This document shows, in pieces, positions 1 to 12,812 of a DNA stretch of 64,000 nt (position 1 is the first letter of the stretch; every line of letters starts with the position of its first letter). Location of the stretch: NCBI RefSeq assembly GCF_006345805.1, contig NC_043011.1:46512464-46576463 (forward strand). The letters run 5' to 3'. Made by a program: the position numbers and the translations under genes. The notes beneath the pieces were generated by a model. That model was given only the letters and a program-made list of their open reading frames with translations. It did no database searches and was not told the origin of the DNA. The stretch comes from Octopus sinensis (taxonomy: Eukaryota).

Positions 1-407
1 TAATAGATCAGGTACAGAATCATCGTATAAGGATTTGATAAATTTGCAAATATTTGGTTTAAAGTCATACTGGACTTTGGAAATATTCCAAGTATTGGAT
101 CAACCAAAAACATTCAGTGGTTTATGAAGGTCAAAGGTAGAATAGCACTGTTTGAACAAAATATTTAGTGTGGGGTCCCTGCAAATGTGGAGTCCTTTAC
201 AATATGTCATTTTTGATTCTATGTTAATCTAGACTGCTTCATTTCATGGTTCTTTTCTATTACAGGAGTTAGTTTTTAATGAAAGTGTAATAATAGGAAG
301 TAAAATGAAAACCAAGGAAATGAAAGGCATTTAATTATTGTATATTAGCTGCTGCAAGAATATATATCTTAAAATTTTTCTTGCATTTCACTATTTCATT
401 TCAAAAG

Positions 408-518
408 AAAATTATACAAAAGTTTTCATGCCATGACAGATGGTATATCTTTGGCATACTTGACCTGGAGGAGTGCACCAATTTCCAGAGTTAACTACAG
501 CCAATTTCTTCCAAAAAA
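408..518 (+). CDS. Candidate internal coding exon (111 nt, phase 2 to 2), KLYKSFHAMTDGISLAYLTWRSAPISRVNYSQFLPK, product unknown
   Basis: Pyrimidine-rich tract ending ttcatttcaaaAG at 407, open frame across 111 nt, donor AA|gtaaga at 519; not SINE-derived. No family recognised. Confidence 0.4.
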
Positions 519-941
519 GTAAGACTGACAGGCAGAAAGAAAAAAAAATAACAGAAAGAATTTACCCCAGTATAAGACTGGTAGATTATTTGTTGATCCT
601 AAAGGGATGAATGACAAGGTTAGTACTAGAAGGATTTGAAATCAAAGCATAGAAAGTCAAAACAATTATTGCAAAGCAATCTATTTGACTCCCTAATAAT
701 TCTACCAATTTGTCTCATTGTATACACAGGCACTAACAAGTCTTCTAATATAGCTGTAGGTTGACCAATGCTTTGTGATTAAAAGATGGTAAATGGAAAC
801 TGGAAGAAACCCATTGTGTGTATATGTGTATTTTTTTTACATGTTTTTGTGTTTTTTTGTGTGTGTTTGTATGTTATTATGTGTGAGTATGTCTTCCTTT
901 TGTCTTGACAAGTGAATGTTGATTAAAAGCAAGTCACTGTT

Positions 942-1175
942 CAAAGGTGGCGAGTTGGCAGACACCTTAGCACACTGGGCGAAATGCTTAGTGGTATTTC
1001 TTCTGCCGTTATGTTCTGAGTTCAAATTCCACCGAGGTCGACTCTGCCTTTCATCCTTTCTGGGTCAATAAATTAAGTACCAGTTACGCACTTGGGCCGA
1101 TGTGATTGACTTAATCCCTTTGTCTGTCCTTGTTTGTTCCCTCTATGTTTAGCCCCTTGTGGGCAATAAAGAAAT
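942..1175 (+). mobile_element. SINE family B (tRNA-derived, ~235 bp)
   Basis: Head ggtggcgagttggcaga, B-box gttcaaattcc, central gactctgcctttcatcc block, AAAG-rich tail; flanked by duplicated caagtcactgttca. Confidence 0.9.
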
Positions 1176-1626
1176 AAAAAACAAGTCACTGTTCATCCAT
1201 TGGCTTACAGTTCTCCATAAAATCATATCCTGGTGGTTAATTGTTTGATTGACAAAGGGAAATATTATCTTTTTTGGAAACAGATGAGGGTTGGTGACAT
1301 AGAGAACATCTGGTTGTAGAAAAATCTACCTTAACAAAGTTATTGTCTGATCCATGCAAATATAGAAGCATATATGCTAAAATAATGACAAAGATATATC
1401 TAACAGACCTAATGATCATGGCAGGACTGATAAACAAACAATATATCTACTCCATCATGGACTCTGCATATCAAACTCTTAGAAATCACTATATCTAGAG
1501 AAAAAAACTGGATAATGATGGAAGAGCAATAAACAGTTTAATTTATTGTGCATAAATACACATCATGTGCATGCAGCAAGAAATTCCATTCACAAAATTT
1601 CCATTATTTCCTCTCCACCCACTCGG

Positions 1627-1663
<37 letters not shown>

Positions 1664-1667
<4 letters not shown>

Positions 1668-2050
1668 TGTGTGGTAAGTAGCTTGCTCACCAACTACATG
1701 GTTCCAGGATCAGTTCCACTGCGAAGCACCTTGGGCAAGTGTCTTCTACTATAGCCTCGGGCCGACTAAAGCCTTGATGAGTGGATTTGGTAGACGGAAA
1801 CTGAAAGAAGCCTGTCGTATATATGCATATGTATATATATGTGTGCGCATTTGTGTGTCTGTGTTTGTCCCGACAACATCGCTTGACAACCAATGCTGGT
1901 ATGTTTACGTCCCCGTAACTTAGCGGTTCAGCAAAAGAAGACAATAGAATAAGTGCTTGGCTTACAAAGAATAAGTCCTGGGGTTGATTTGCTTGACTAA
2001 AGGCGGTGCTCCAGCATGGCCACAATCAAATGACTGAAGCAAGTAAAAGA
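1664..2050 (+). mobile_element. SINE family A (tRNA-derived, ~400 bp, internal TA/TG microsatellite)
   Basis: tggctgtgtggtaag head, ggttcagtccc-like B-box, tail gactgaagcaagtaaaaga; at least 12 copies in the window. Possibly one of the published octopus OK/OR1/OR2 families (not verified). Confidence 0.9.
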
Positions 2051-2072
2051 GTACAAGAATATATATATATAT

Positions 2073-2822
2073 ATTTATCAATATAGGGTAGCAAAAAAAT
2101 TTTAGGAAAATTTTCTGCAACCAGCGGTCAAGTGAGAAAATAGAAATAGTCACAGACTATATAATATATTCAACAAAAGTATTAAGGAATGACCCTGACA
2201 GGTCGTTCAACTCACTTGAAAAGAGCAGCCAAACTCAAACTGCAAAAATAGTAGTAATTCTGAAAGCTAAAGGAGAAATAAAAACATTTATCCCTTTCAA
2301 CTTTGTACCCTGCAAGGTTTCAACAATTTTTACACAATCGAACTTAATTAAATTAAATTAAATCCGTTTACGATTGGCTTGTTTCATCAGCAAAGTCGCC
2401 AAAAGAAAAGGAGAACATATACACACAAGGCGACACCACTGAAGCCCCGAGTATATATATCCTAATTTTTCGAAATCCAACGTAACCGCGCCAACTACTC
2501 AGCAGCAAAATATAAACTGCTGATACAATTTCAGAATTAGTCAAAAATTATTAATTTATCAATATAGGGTAGCAAAAAATTTTAGAAAAATTTTCTGCAA
2601 CCAGCGGTCAAGTGAGAAAATAGAAATAGTCACAGACTAATTTAATTTAATTAAGTTCGATTGCATAAAAATTGTTGAAACCTTGCAGGGTACAAAGTTG
2701 AAAGGGATAAATGTTTTTATTTCTCCTTTAGCTTTCAGAATTACTACTATTTTTGCAGTTTGAGTTTGGCTGCTCTTTTCAAGTGAGTTGAACGACCTGT
2801 CAGGGTCATTCCTTAATACTTT

Positions 2823-2825
<3 letters not shown>
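2073..2825. repeat. Composite recent duplication: direct repeat 2073-2159/2554-2639 plus inverted repeat 2173-2360/2638-2825
   Basis: 87/86-bp direct copies differ by 1 substitution and 1 indel; 188-bp inverted arms differ at 2 positions. Confidence 0.95.
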
Positions 2826-2867
<42 letters not shown>

Positions 2868-3062
2868 TATATATTTACTTTTGAATGTTTTTACTTATAA
2901 AAAAAGACAGGAACTGGATGATGTTCACTGTTGGAACACTATAAAAACAAAGGGCTGTTACAGTTGGATGGCTTCTAAAATATGAGGGGTTAGTCATTGT
3001 TGGATTGCTTTTAAAAAAGACCAGATGGTCATGTTTGGAATACTTGACTCTTTTTTCTTTTA

Positions 3063-3275
3063 TTCTTTTAGTTTTAGTCATTTAACTGCAGCCATGGTGG
3101 AACACTGCCTTGAAGGATTTTAGTTGAACAAATTGACCCCCCAGAGCTTATTTTTTAAAGCCTTGTACTTATTCTAGCAGTTTCTTTTGCAAAACCACTA
3201 AGTTACAGGGACATAAATACACCAACACTGGTTGTCAAGTAAGTGATGGGGGAACAAATACAGACTCACATATAG

Positions 3276-3341
<66 letters not shown>

Positions 3342-3495
3342 ATATGTGGTGGGCTTCTTTCAGTTTCCATCTACCAAATCCACTTGGCCTGAGGCTAGAG
3401 TAGAAGACATTTGCTCAAGGTGCCACACTGTGGGACTGAACCTGGAACCAAGTGGTTGCGAAGCAAGTTTCTTACTACACAGCCATGACTGTGCC
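3063..3495 (-). mobile_element. SINE family A
   Basis: Reverse complement of family A including internal CA/TA microsatellite. Confidence 0.85.
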
Positions 3496-4103
3496 TTTTA
3501 TTGATGATAATTTTTAAAAATTTCTAATCCATATACATATAACTTTAAAAAAATTTCAAAACAAAGAAATTAACCATTGTCATTTTTTTTTCTTTTTAAG
3601 TGTTTCAGTCATGTCTTTTTCGTGTTCCAGACACAACCATCCTGTCACTTCTTTCAAAAAGTTCTAACTGCAGCAAACTCATTTTTTTTTTTTCTTTTTT
3701 AAGGGAATCTTCTTTTGTGCTAAGTAATTTTTCAAAATATGTCTCATGGGAAAATTTACAAAAAATATATTGTCAGATGCAGAAATTTTGTCACACACAT
3801 TTTAAATAGAAAACAGACTTCAAATTTTTACAAATCTGTACATGTGCAATGATTTGAAATTATCCACTTCATTCTGAAAAATTTCCATTTGAGACTCTAA
3901 ACTTTCTTTTGTTAAATTTTTTTTTTAAAATGGCTATTAGATACATGATGAAAAAGACATGACACATCTAGTTTCATAATTGTAGGTCTATCATAATTTT
4001 TAAAACTGAAGCAGCAGCAATTGAAAGAGATCATCCTTTTTTTTTTATATTTGTCTTTCAGTATTGGTTGTTATGATATATTTACAGTATTTCCACTCAC
4101 CAG

Positions 4104-4396
4104 TGGAGGCGCATTGGCCCAGTGGTTAGGGCAGGGGACTCGCGGTCGGAGGATTGCGGTTTTGATTCCCAGACCGGGTGTTGTGTGTGTTTATTGAGCG
4201 AAAACATCGAAAGCTCCACGAGGCTCCGGCAGGGGGTGGTGGCAACTCCTGTTGTACTTTCTCACCCCAACTTTCTCTCTTTCTTCCTGTTTCTTGAGTA
4301 ATGCTGTGATGGACTGGCATCCTGTCCAGCTGGGGGGAACACATACACCATAGAAACCGGGCCCATGAGCCTGGCTGGGCTTGAAAAGGGTGCATA
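4104..4396 (+). mobile_element. SINE family C (tRNA head, V-domain-like gatggactggcatcctgtccag block)
   Basis: A-box gcccagtggttagg, B-box-like ttttgattccc; other copies at 19322-19628 (-) and 45803-46012 (+). Confidence 0.85.
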
Positions 4397-4929
4397 AAAG
4401 AAAATTTTCACTCACCTACCTCTTTTCAGCCTATATATTCTGGTATTTTTTTTAATACACAAAACAATTGATTTTCTGGAATGTCACATTATTTTGAAAT
4501 TTCCTTATAAGATTTAACCCTTTAGTATTCTGAGGTCGTTGCCAGTGCCACTGGACTGACTATTGTGCAGGTGGCACGTAAAAACACCATTTGAAATCAT
4601 CCAACCCATGCCAGCATGGAAAGGAGATGTTAAACGATGATGATGTGTCCATCATTTTTTAAACCAGCTGAGAGAGATTATTAGCTATTATTTCTCACAG
4701 GTCAAGTTTTAAAAAAAAATGGTACATGACCTAGAAATGGGGTTGGGAAAATATAATTGATTATATTGATCTTTGGTACTTGACTGGTACTTTATTTTAT
4801 CAACTCCAGAAAGTTGAATGTTGAAGTTATCATCGTGACAAGAATTCAATTCACAATCTTACAATATAAGAAAATAACTCAACAAAACAATTTTTAAAAA
4901 TCTGACACTTAATACATCTCCATTGAAAA

Positions 4930-5135
4930 TCTATAAAATAAAATCTGTTCTGTCTGTGTGTGAGTCTTCTAGGAGTCTTCTAGGATCTCATCTGTGTGAA
5001 TCTTCTAGGATCTCATCTGATTGCGCTCAAATTTGATATGTAGATACCAACGGTATCAGGGCGTGTATAAGTCTTGAAAAAATTACAAAAATTGATTCCA
5101 GGTGAGAATGCAATCGATAAAGCCGTGGGAACGTG
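4930..5135 (+). mobile_element. Helitron-like non-autonomous element, 5' portion
   Basis: Starts aTCtataaaataaaatc...gtctgtgtgt like the 10637 element, with CpG retained; 3' CTAG end not clearly located. Confidence 0.35.
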
Positions 5136-6136
5136 CATTTGTATGCACAAGTACAACAGCTGTTGCGATCGATACTATGCGTATGCAAGAAAAATGCAAG
5201 TGCAGTTTGCGCAAAAAAAGCCAGCTGGCTTGAAATAATGCCACAAAATGCAGTATATTTAAGAGACCAAAAAAGTAAAATGCAAAAGAGATATTTTCTT
5301 CAAACTTGGCATGAAGGAAGGAAAGACTATTTGGTTTCTCAAGAAGTTTTTTGTTGCCTTAACTTCGTTTATCAAAACCAAAAATTTTATTGAAATATAG
5401 GCATGCTTATTTATTTTTTAATGAAAAGAAAACACTGATTGATTTTTATTCAGCAGATATGATTCAGCACCGTTCATTGGTGCTGAATAACGTTTTGCTC
5501 GTTATTAAATATAAATATAAACTCGACTAAATCACAGGAATAATGTGCTCAGAAAATAACAAAGATATTTAAATGCAGACCTAAATGAAATGTCAGTCAT
5601 TTTCTTATAAATAACATTCAGATAATCCTGAGAAAAAGAAAAAAAACTTCATTTATCTTAGTCTAGCTTACTGTCGTCTGCTTTTACCAATTCATCATCG
5701 CCATAGTTGTTACAATTACATCTTTCCTTCTTCTCCATGTTCATTTTGGACTTTCTTCTCCAGTGGTAAACAATATCACAGTTAATTGCTTGTCAATCTG
5801 AAGTGCATCTGAACTTTGTGCATAAGTGTGAGAAGATAAAAGCCATAAAAAGATTTGGCCATTTGAAATTACAGAAAGTCTTCTTGACGACATGTCTGGC
5901 CCCTCTCTCTCTCTCTCTCTCCCTTTTCCTCACTATCTCTCCCTTCTTTCTCCCATTCTCTCTCTCTCGCTATTTCTTTAACATTTAAGTTGAATGACCA
6001 TTTATTTTCTACAAAATATATATTTTATTTTATTCTCAGATCGTTGTTAATTTATGAAGACATTAAAGATAATAAAAATAGAAAGATGGAATGAATATTT
6101 AAATTAAAGTAAATTTTAGTGTATGTGTGTGAATAC

Positions 6137-6168
<32 letters not shown>

Positions 6169-6169
6169 C

Positions 6170-7110
6170 TAATTTTGACACAAGGCTAGCAATTTTAGGA
6201 ATGGAGGATAGCCAATTACTTTGAGACCAGGGCTCAACTGGTATGTATTTCATTGATCCTGAAGAATGAAAAGCAAAGTTAACTAGGGCAGAATTTGAAC
6301 CCAGATTATGAAGTATTAGAAAAGGTGCTTCAAAGAATTTTGTCCAAACACACTAATGATTCTGAAAACTGGCTGCCTTAGTAATAATAATAATAAACCT
6401 CCCTACTATAAGCACAAGGCCTGTATTTTGTGGAGTGGGACTAATCGGTTACATCAAATTAAACTAATTTGGTACAAGATCAGAAATTTTAGGAGGAGTG
6501 TAAACTATTAAATACATATTGACCCAGTACATAACTGGTACATTATTTTATCAACTCTAGAGGGATATATATTGATTTCAAATTTTGGCACGAGGCCAGC
6601 AATTTCAGGAGAAGGAGGAAGTAAGTCAATTATATCAACCGCAATGATCAGCTGCTACTTATTTTATCAACCCCACAAGAATGAATGGCAATGTTGACTC
6701 CAGTGGCATTTGAACTCAGAACATTAAGTCAGAAGAAATGCCACTCAACATTTATCCTGTTGCAGTAATGATTCTGCCAGCTCACTGCTGTAAAGGGATA
6801 TATATTGACTTCAGCACATAACTGGTACTTTATTTGATCAACTGTAGCGGGATGAAAGGTAAACTTGACCTTGGCAGGATTTGAACTCATAATTTAAAGG
6901 GCTGGAATTAAATACTAAACACATTTCACTCCATGTTTTAAACATGTTGCCAATCAACATGTCTAGCATAATTCACGACTACATTTAAGTTAGTCTCTGT
7001 CTAAACAACAAAGTCTCAACTTTGGTGGCAACAAAATATTAATCTCAATACATGATTGGTACTTACTTCATCAACCTTGAAAGGATATAAAATGCAGTCT
7101 ACCTTGGCAA
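6170..7110 (-). mobile_element. Cluster of ~5-6 decayed SINE B-variant copies in the same orientation
   Basis: Repeated cacaaggcc...aatttt tail, actggtacttattt and atttgaactcag motifs. Confidence 0.7.
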
Positions 7111-7134
7111 TGTTAATTATACTAATGATACTAC

Positions 7135-7290
7135 ACTCTCGAAGTGGTTGGCATTAGGAAAGACATCCAGCTGTAGAAACTCTGCCAGATCAGATTGGAG
7201 TCTGGTTCACCAGACCTCAGTCAAATTGTCCAACCCATGCTAGCATGGAAAGCGGACAGTAAACGATGATGATGATGATGATGATGATAA
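7135..7290 (+). mobile_element. SINE family E / RTE-type 3' tail
   Basis: gtggttggcattaggaaagacatccagctgtagaaac...acccatgctagcatggaaagcggac followed by a (GAT)n tail. Confidence 0.8.
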
Positions 7291-8402
7291 TGATTTCTAA
7301 AATAGCTACAAATGCCTCAAATTAAGGGATAGAGTAGAGGGTCAATTTAATCCTTCCTCTAGTATGTAACTGATATTTAATTTATCAACTCCAGACAGCA
7401 TATTGATTATTATATCTTGTTAACAAACAAACATATTCATAAAAAAATTTGAATAATTTATTTGATTTCAACAAAATTATGTATTTTTAAAAAAAAAAAA
7501 GATTCAAGTCATTTCTAAATATTCCATGTTTTTGATTCAAGTAAATATGAATAGGGCTATCAGATTTAATCTACTGTAGCCAGACTAGCAGATAATTCTA
7601 CCAAAAATAGCACAGTTATTTGCAAGCAAAACATGGTAAGTATGCATGCCATTATATAACTATTTCTCTTGAAGCTTTTCTTTTAAAATTTTTATCTGAA
7701 TTTCTAAGAACAGCAAAACTTCCAAAAACGTGATATACGTCTGATGAATTTTGTACAGGAAACTGAAAAGAATCTGGAAAGAACTAGAGACAGTCTGTAT
7801 AGTGTAAACAGCGTGATTTCTATTAGATTAAATGTACACTTTGCAGTATGTTAATGAAAGCAGCCAAGATATACGTTTCAATAATGTCTGTTGACAGAAA
7901 CTGTAATGAGAGAGACATACAAGAAGTAGCTATAGATTATCTCTTAGATGATTCACCCTATTTTCTTGATTTCCATGCACAACATAATTAAAATATATTA
8001 CATGAAACTGCCACAAGCCTTTAACAACTTTTAGGAAATTATACCCATTCCTTGATCTTCAGTGAAATGGCTAATAGATGAGGAAGATACATTTTTGTAA
8101 TTAAATTAGAAAGGAAAATAAAACCTAAAAAACAAAACCAAAAAATAAAAAAAGGAAACCAGCATGGATTTTTGGAAGAAAGTTTTGTTTATGTTTTGTC
8201 TAATGAAAGAGCAATATATTTCAGAATTGAAAAGCTGTTAAGGTGCCAGTGTATATAGATTCATACTGAAATCTCGAGTCTGTAGCTTTGTGTGAAGTTT
8301 TAAGTGAGTGAAATTCTAAGAGTGTGTATTCAGAATAGAAATTACTATGAAACTCTAGATGTGTGCTGCCTTATGTGATAATACAAGGTTGTATAGGTAA
8401 AA

Positions 8403-8441
<39 letters not shown>

Positions 8442-8554
8442 AATACAGAGATATAGTTTATGTAGTTAGAGTATATAGTTTGGTGCAATAGTATTAGGTG
8501 TGTAATAAAAAGATACAACATAGAAAGTTATGGAATTATGTAACTACAATATAT

Positions 8555-8766
8555 GAATATTACGGAGATGTACTTGCATAGCAAGTGACCTGATCTGAGA
8601 TCGCATGCTGGAACGAAAGCAACTGCAGCATGGAAGGTGTTTATAAGCCATTTAAGAAACACACAAAAACCGTTAGATTCATTTCAACATTCAAGTTTAA
8701 TTTGTCATTCAAATTTAAATGTTGAAGTGAATCTAACGGTTTTTGTGTGTTTCTTAAATGGCTTAT
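8555..8766. mobile_element. Repeat fragment with fold-back end (arms 8643-8698 / 8711-8766), probably Penelope-like
   Basis: 56-bp inverted arms with 3 mismatches and a 12-nt loop. PLE assignment is inference from the inverted-terminus architecture. Confidence 0.55.
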
Positions 8767-8784
8767 GAATATTTTTTAGCTTTT

Positions 8785-9500
8785 TATCTTTTATTTGTTC
8801 AGTCATTGGATTGCGGTCATGCTGGAGCACTGCATTGAAGGGTTTCAGTCAAACAAATCGACCCTAGTACTTCTTTTTTTTTTTCTAAGCTTCGTAGTTT
8901 TTCTATCAGTCTCTTTTACTGAACTGCTAAGTTATGGGGATGTAAACAAATCATCACAGGTTATCAAGCATGTGGTGGGAGATAAACACAGGCACAAAGA
9001 CACATGCACACACACACACACACACACACATTGTGGGCTTTCAGTTTACATGTACCAAATCCACTCTCAAGGCTTTGGATGGGCTAGGCCTCAAGTAGAA
9101 GACATTTACCCAAGATGCCACACCATCGGACTATGTATGTATATAGTTTTACATAAAGTTAGGAGAGATGAAAATTTAATCATATACTACGGAAACAAAA
9201 TATATGTAATTCAAACACATATAATCATGACAGACTCCTTTTACATTATTCACATTATTTACATTATTTAAATTTGATGGATATTTGTCCTCATCAAATA
9301 TAAATAATGTACATAATTCCTCTCTGTTAAATATAGAACTGTATTAGACTCCTTTTAGTTTTCCTCTATCAAATCCACTCACAATGTATCGGTTGGCTTG
9401 GGGCTATAATACAAGACACTTGGCCAAAGTGCAGCACAGTGGGACTGAACCCAAGACCACACAGTTGGGAGCAAACTTCTCAATCACATAGCCATGATGG
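8785..9500 (-). mobile_element. SINE family A interrupted by ~230 bp containing PLE-type fragments
   Basis: Family A 3' half at 8785-9125 and 5' half at 9355-9500. Confidence 0.7.
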
Positions 9501-10636
9501 CACCTACAATAGTAAAGTAGGAATGGATGACCTCCCGATCCTTAATCCAGTATTATAAGTTTATGGCATTCGTAAGCCTCCCTATTTACACTGAATCTTG
9601 AATTCTTATATAGACACAAAGCCAGTATTTTATGGGGAGACAGATATGATGAACTGAAACAACAGCATGGTATATTACTGGTATTTATTTTGTTATTTAT
9701 AGAATGATATGCTCGGTAAGCACTTAAGTTTTGAACTCATAATGTTAGGATGGTGCTAAATACTGTAGAGTGTTTTGTCTGCTATTCCACAATTTCTTCT
9801 CCTTACTGCCTCTGTTCTATGAGACAGTAAGGAGAAAAGGGAGTTTTACGTGGTCATATGACCTGCTAGAAATAGGAGCCAAATCTTCCTCAAATCACAC
9901 TCTACTATCTTAAAAAAAAAAGAGAGAGTACATCCTATAATTATGTCCTGGATATATAAAAAGAGAGGAAGATACAGCTAGAAACCCACTGATTACAATG
10001 TACTCAATCAGGCCTAACCTTAGGCTAAATAAGAATGATAACAAAAGATTTCTATACCTAGACTAAATGCTTATAATTCTATCAAAAATAAGCAAATAAA
10101 TAAATAAATAAATAATAAATAAATGAAAATTATTAAATTTGAGAATTTCTCCATAACTTTGTCATATTCTCTCAGTAAAGGAACGAAAGAGCAGATTAAA
10201 ACAGAGAAAAATCAAGGAAAGAAAATCAATATTTTTGTCAGCTAAGAGGAAAATTTATCTAAAGAATACGTGTAAAATAACCAACATTTTCTTTTTACAA
10301 CATAGTTAGCCAATAATTTCTAAAAAAAAAAATCTTATAATAAAAGCATCATTTCAGAATCTAACAAGTAATATTTGAGCAATAAACATAGTTTAGAGTC
10401 TGGGTATTTTAACAGAATTTCACTCGGTTTTTCTTCATTAGAAGGAATGTCGGCTTTGAATGTGAGCAACTAATTTGAATGGGGAGAATGAATTTGATTG
10501 AATATGGACAACCAATTTGAATGAGGACAACCAATTGCGTCAACCTGAGTATATGAAGCCAGCCAGCAAGGATGCTTATACAGGGTTAACAGGCTTGTTA
10601 GAAATAGCAGCAAATTGTACCTGACTATTTTCAAAA

Positions 10637-11034
10637 TCTCTCTCTATATATATAAAGTTGAAGTTGTCTGTGTATGGCAGGTTTGGTAGCCTTCAACTAA
10701 CACTATCTCCTCCGACACCCTGTGGCGCAAGTTGACCAAAATTGAGAGTATGATAGAAGAAGGCTTGCTCTTTCCTTTGTAGAAGAAAAATTTCAAATCA
10801 AACCATTTTAACACCAAAAATTATTTACATAAAAAAGGTGCTTTTTTTCTATGAAAATCCCTCTATTTTTTACGATTTTTTGACTGCTGTGTCGCCATTT
10901 TTCTGTGTATTTCAACCAGAAAAATGTTCACTTAAAGAGAATAACAAGCTACATAATGCAAAATTTTTACTTTTCAAAAATTCCAATTCTAAAGGGTCAA
11001 AACAAACCCGATCAATGGCGGGCGATACTACTAG
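10637..11034 (+). mobile_element. Non-autonomous Helitron
   Basis: 5' a|TC...tatatataaag start; 3' GC-rich hairpin acccgatcaatggcgggcg followed by CTAG|t. Confidence 0.7.
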
Positions 11035-11184
11035 TGTATGATAAAACACACTGAATAATTCAGTTATTCAATGTGTCTCAGCATACATTTTGAAGCTTAC
11101 TCGATAGCAAGGGCTGATGATAGTCTCCTTCCTTCCTGTCACTATTCTTGGAAACACTAAGACTAGCACCCTGTTAGTTAAGAC

Positions 11185-11470
11185 AATAAGGGTTCCAGTT
11201 GCTCGGATCAACTGAACAACCTGCCCATGAAATTAACAAGCTAGTGGAGAAGCACTCAAGAGACATGTGTATCCTCAATGTAGTACCTTGGGAGATTAAA
11301 CATGACACAGTGTGTGATAACACTGGCTCTTTGAAATACAGGTACTACTCATTTTTGCCAGCTGATTGGACTGGAGCAACTTGAAACAGAGTGTCTTGCC
11401 CAAGGATACCATGCGCTGCTGGAAATCAAACTTAAGCTAAATATCCTAACTGCTAAGCCACACAACTTCA
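11185..11470 (-). mobile_element. CORE-type SINE family F
   Basis: Reverse CORE block ctcatttttgccagctgattggactggagcaac...gtgtcttgcccaagg; further copies at 51176-51483 and 60472-60752. Confidence 0.75.
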
Positions 11471-11524
11471 CAGGCAGTGAAAAGGGTCATACCAACTGCT
11501 CTTTCTTACTATACATTTAAAGGG

Positions 11525-12560
11525 CTTACAGTTCCATTCCAGGATGCTACTAATGATGATAATTACAAAGAATTAATACATCCATCCTAATGCTTTATTA
11601 TCTCATTATTTTCCTCAAACCTTTTGTTGCTTAATTTCATTTGGACTAAACAAAATGCTTCAGATTTACAGAAAGTAGAAACGGGATGTTGTGATGTTTA
11701 AGTCTTACAGTTCCATTCCAGGATGCTACTAATGATAATTATAAACAAAACATTAATAAATCCATCCTAATGCTTTATTATCTCATTATTTTCCTCCAGC
11801 CTGTTGTCTCTTAATTTCATTTGAACTAAGCAAGAACTAAGCAAAAAGCTTAAGATTTACAGAAAGAAGAAACGGGATGTTGTGATGCTTAAGTCTTTCC
11901 AAATAGTAAAGTGGACCTGGATAGGATTTGAAGACAGAATGTAAAACGGCATAATCAAATTCCACAAAGTAAGTTGATTGATGCTCTGTCGATTCTACAT
12001 GCCACCTGCCACATAATCTGTTGAAATAGATCGCCGAATTCCTCAGAGAAACTAATCCTGTTTATCAATTGTGATATCAGTCTTGAACATAATAAACAAT
12101 CACTACATTTACAATTTGAAGATTCAGACTTTGAGAACAAGGAACTCTTAGAACATAAGAATTCATTAACTGCTCTGGCTCATTGTGCTTTAAGATCTCC
12201 GTCATTGTAAGGTGTACATGCAGAACTTGACACTGTCAAAGGATCTTGATTAATACATTATTTTCTTTGATTCTTTTACTCAGTTCTGTTAACTTTTAGA
12301 AAATAAATCAGCTAATTTCAGAAGCTTGGATGTTATAGATTTACAGATTATCCAGATTTATTCACTGCATTGTACTGACATTCTTCAAACATTCAAGATA
12401 ACACTAATGTTGAAATGGCAGCTGGCAGTAGTTAATGGAGGAGATATTTCCCTTGTTAAATCTACGACAAATATTACCTTGCTTGGAAACAGGAAACAGG
12501 TGAGGGTTGGCAATGGGAAGGTGTCTGGCCATAGAGAATCTGCCGTTCTAACTCTTCCCA
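11525..12560 (+). mobile_element. Decayed hAT transposase remnant (C-terminal part), with tandem duplication 11525-11703/11704-11894
   Basis: Frameshifted translation gives ELLEHKNSLTAL...ELD, YPDLFTAL, FPLLNL, LAIEN, resembling the hAT C-terminal dimerisation domain; many stops. Confidence 0.5.
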
Positions 12561-12772
12561 ACACATGCAAGCATAGAGAGGTACATACTAAAATAATATA
12601 TATATATATATTTGGATCTGTGTAAAGAGTTACATGTGTGTTTATAAGATAGTATGAGCATTTGACATAATCCCCAGTTAGGATCAGTGTGACATACTGT
12701 GACATTTCTTAACCATTTACAACAATGCTACAAAGTATTAAGAGAACTCAGTATCTTTGTTACAGTAAATAA

Positions 12773-12812
<40 letters not shown>

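Noticed and set aside
5462-5488. Perfect 10-bp hairpin attcagcacc/ggtgctgaat; also a 14-bp hairpin at 51870-51900
   Set aside because: Short, probably internal to old Helitron/PLE-type repeats; no terminator or ribozyme context.
7700-8100. Protein-like frames (NFVQETEK, IKCTLCSML, FLDFHAQH), perhaps a P-element transposase relic
   Set aside because: Similarity too weak by eye; multiple stops and no TIRs.
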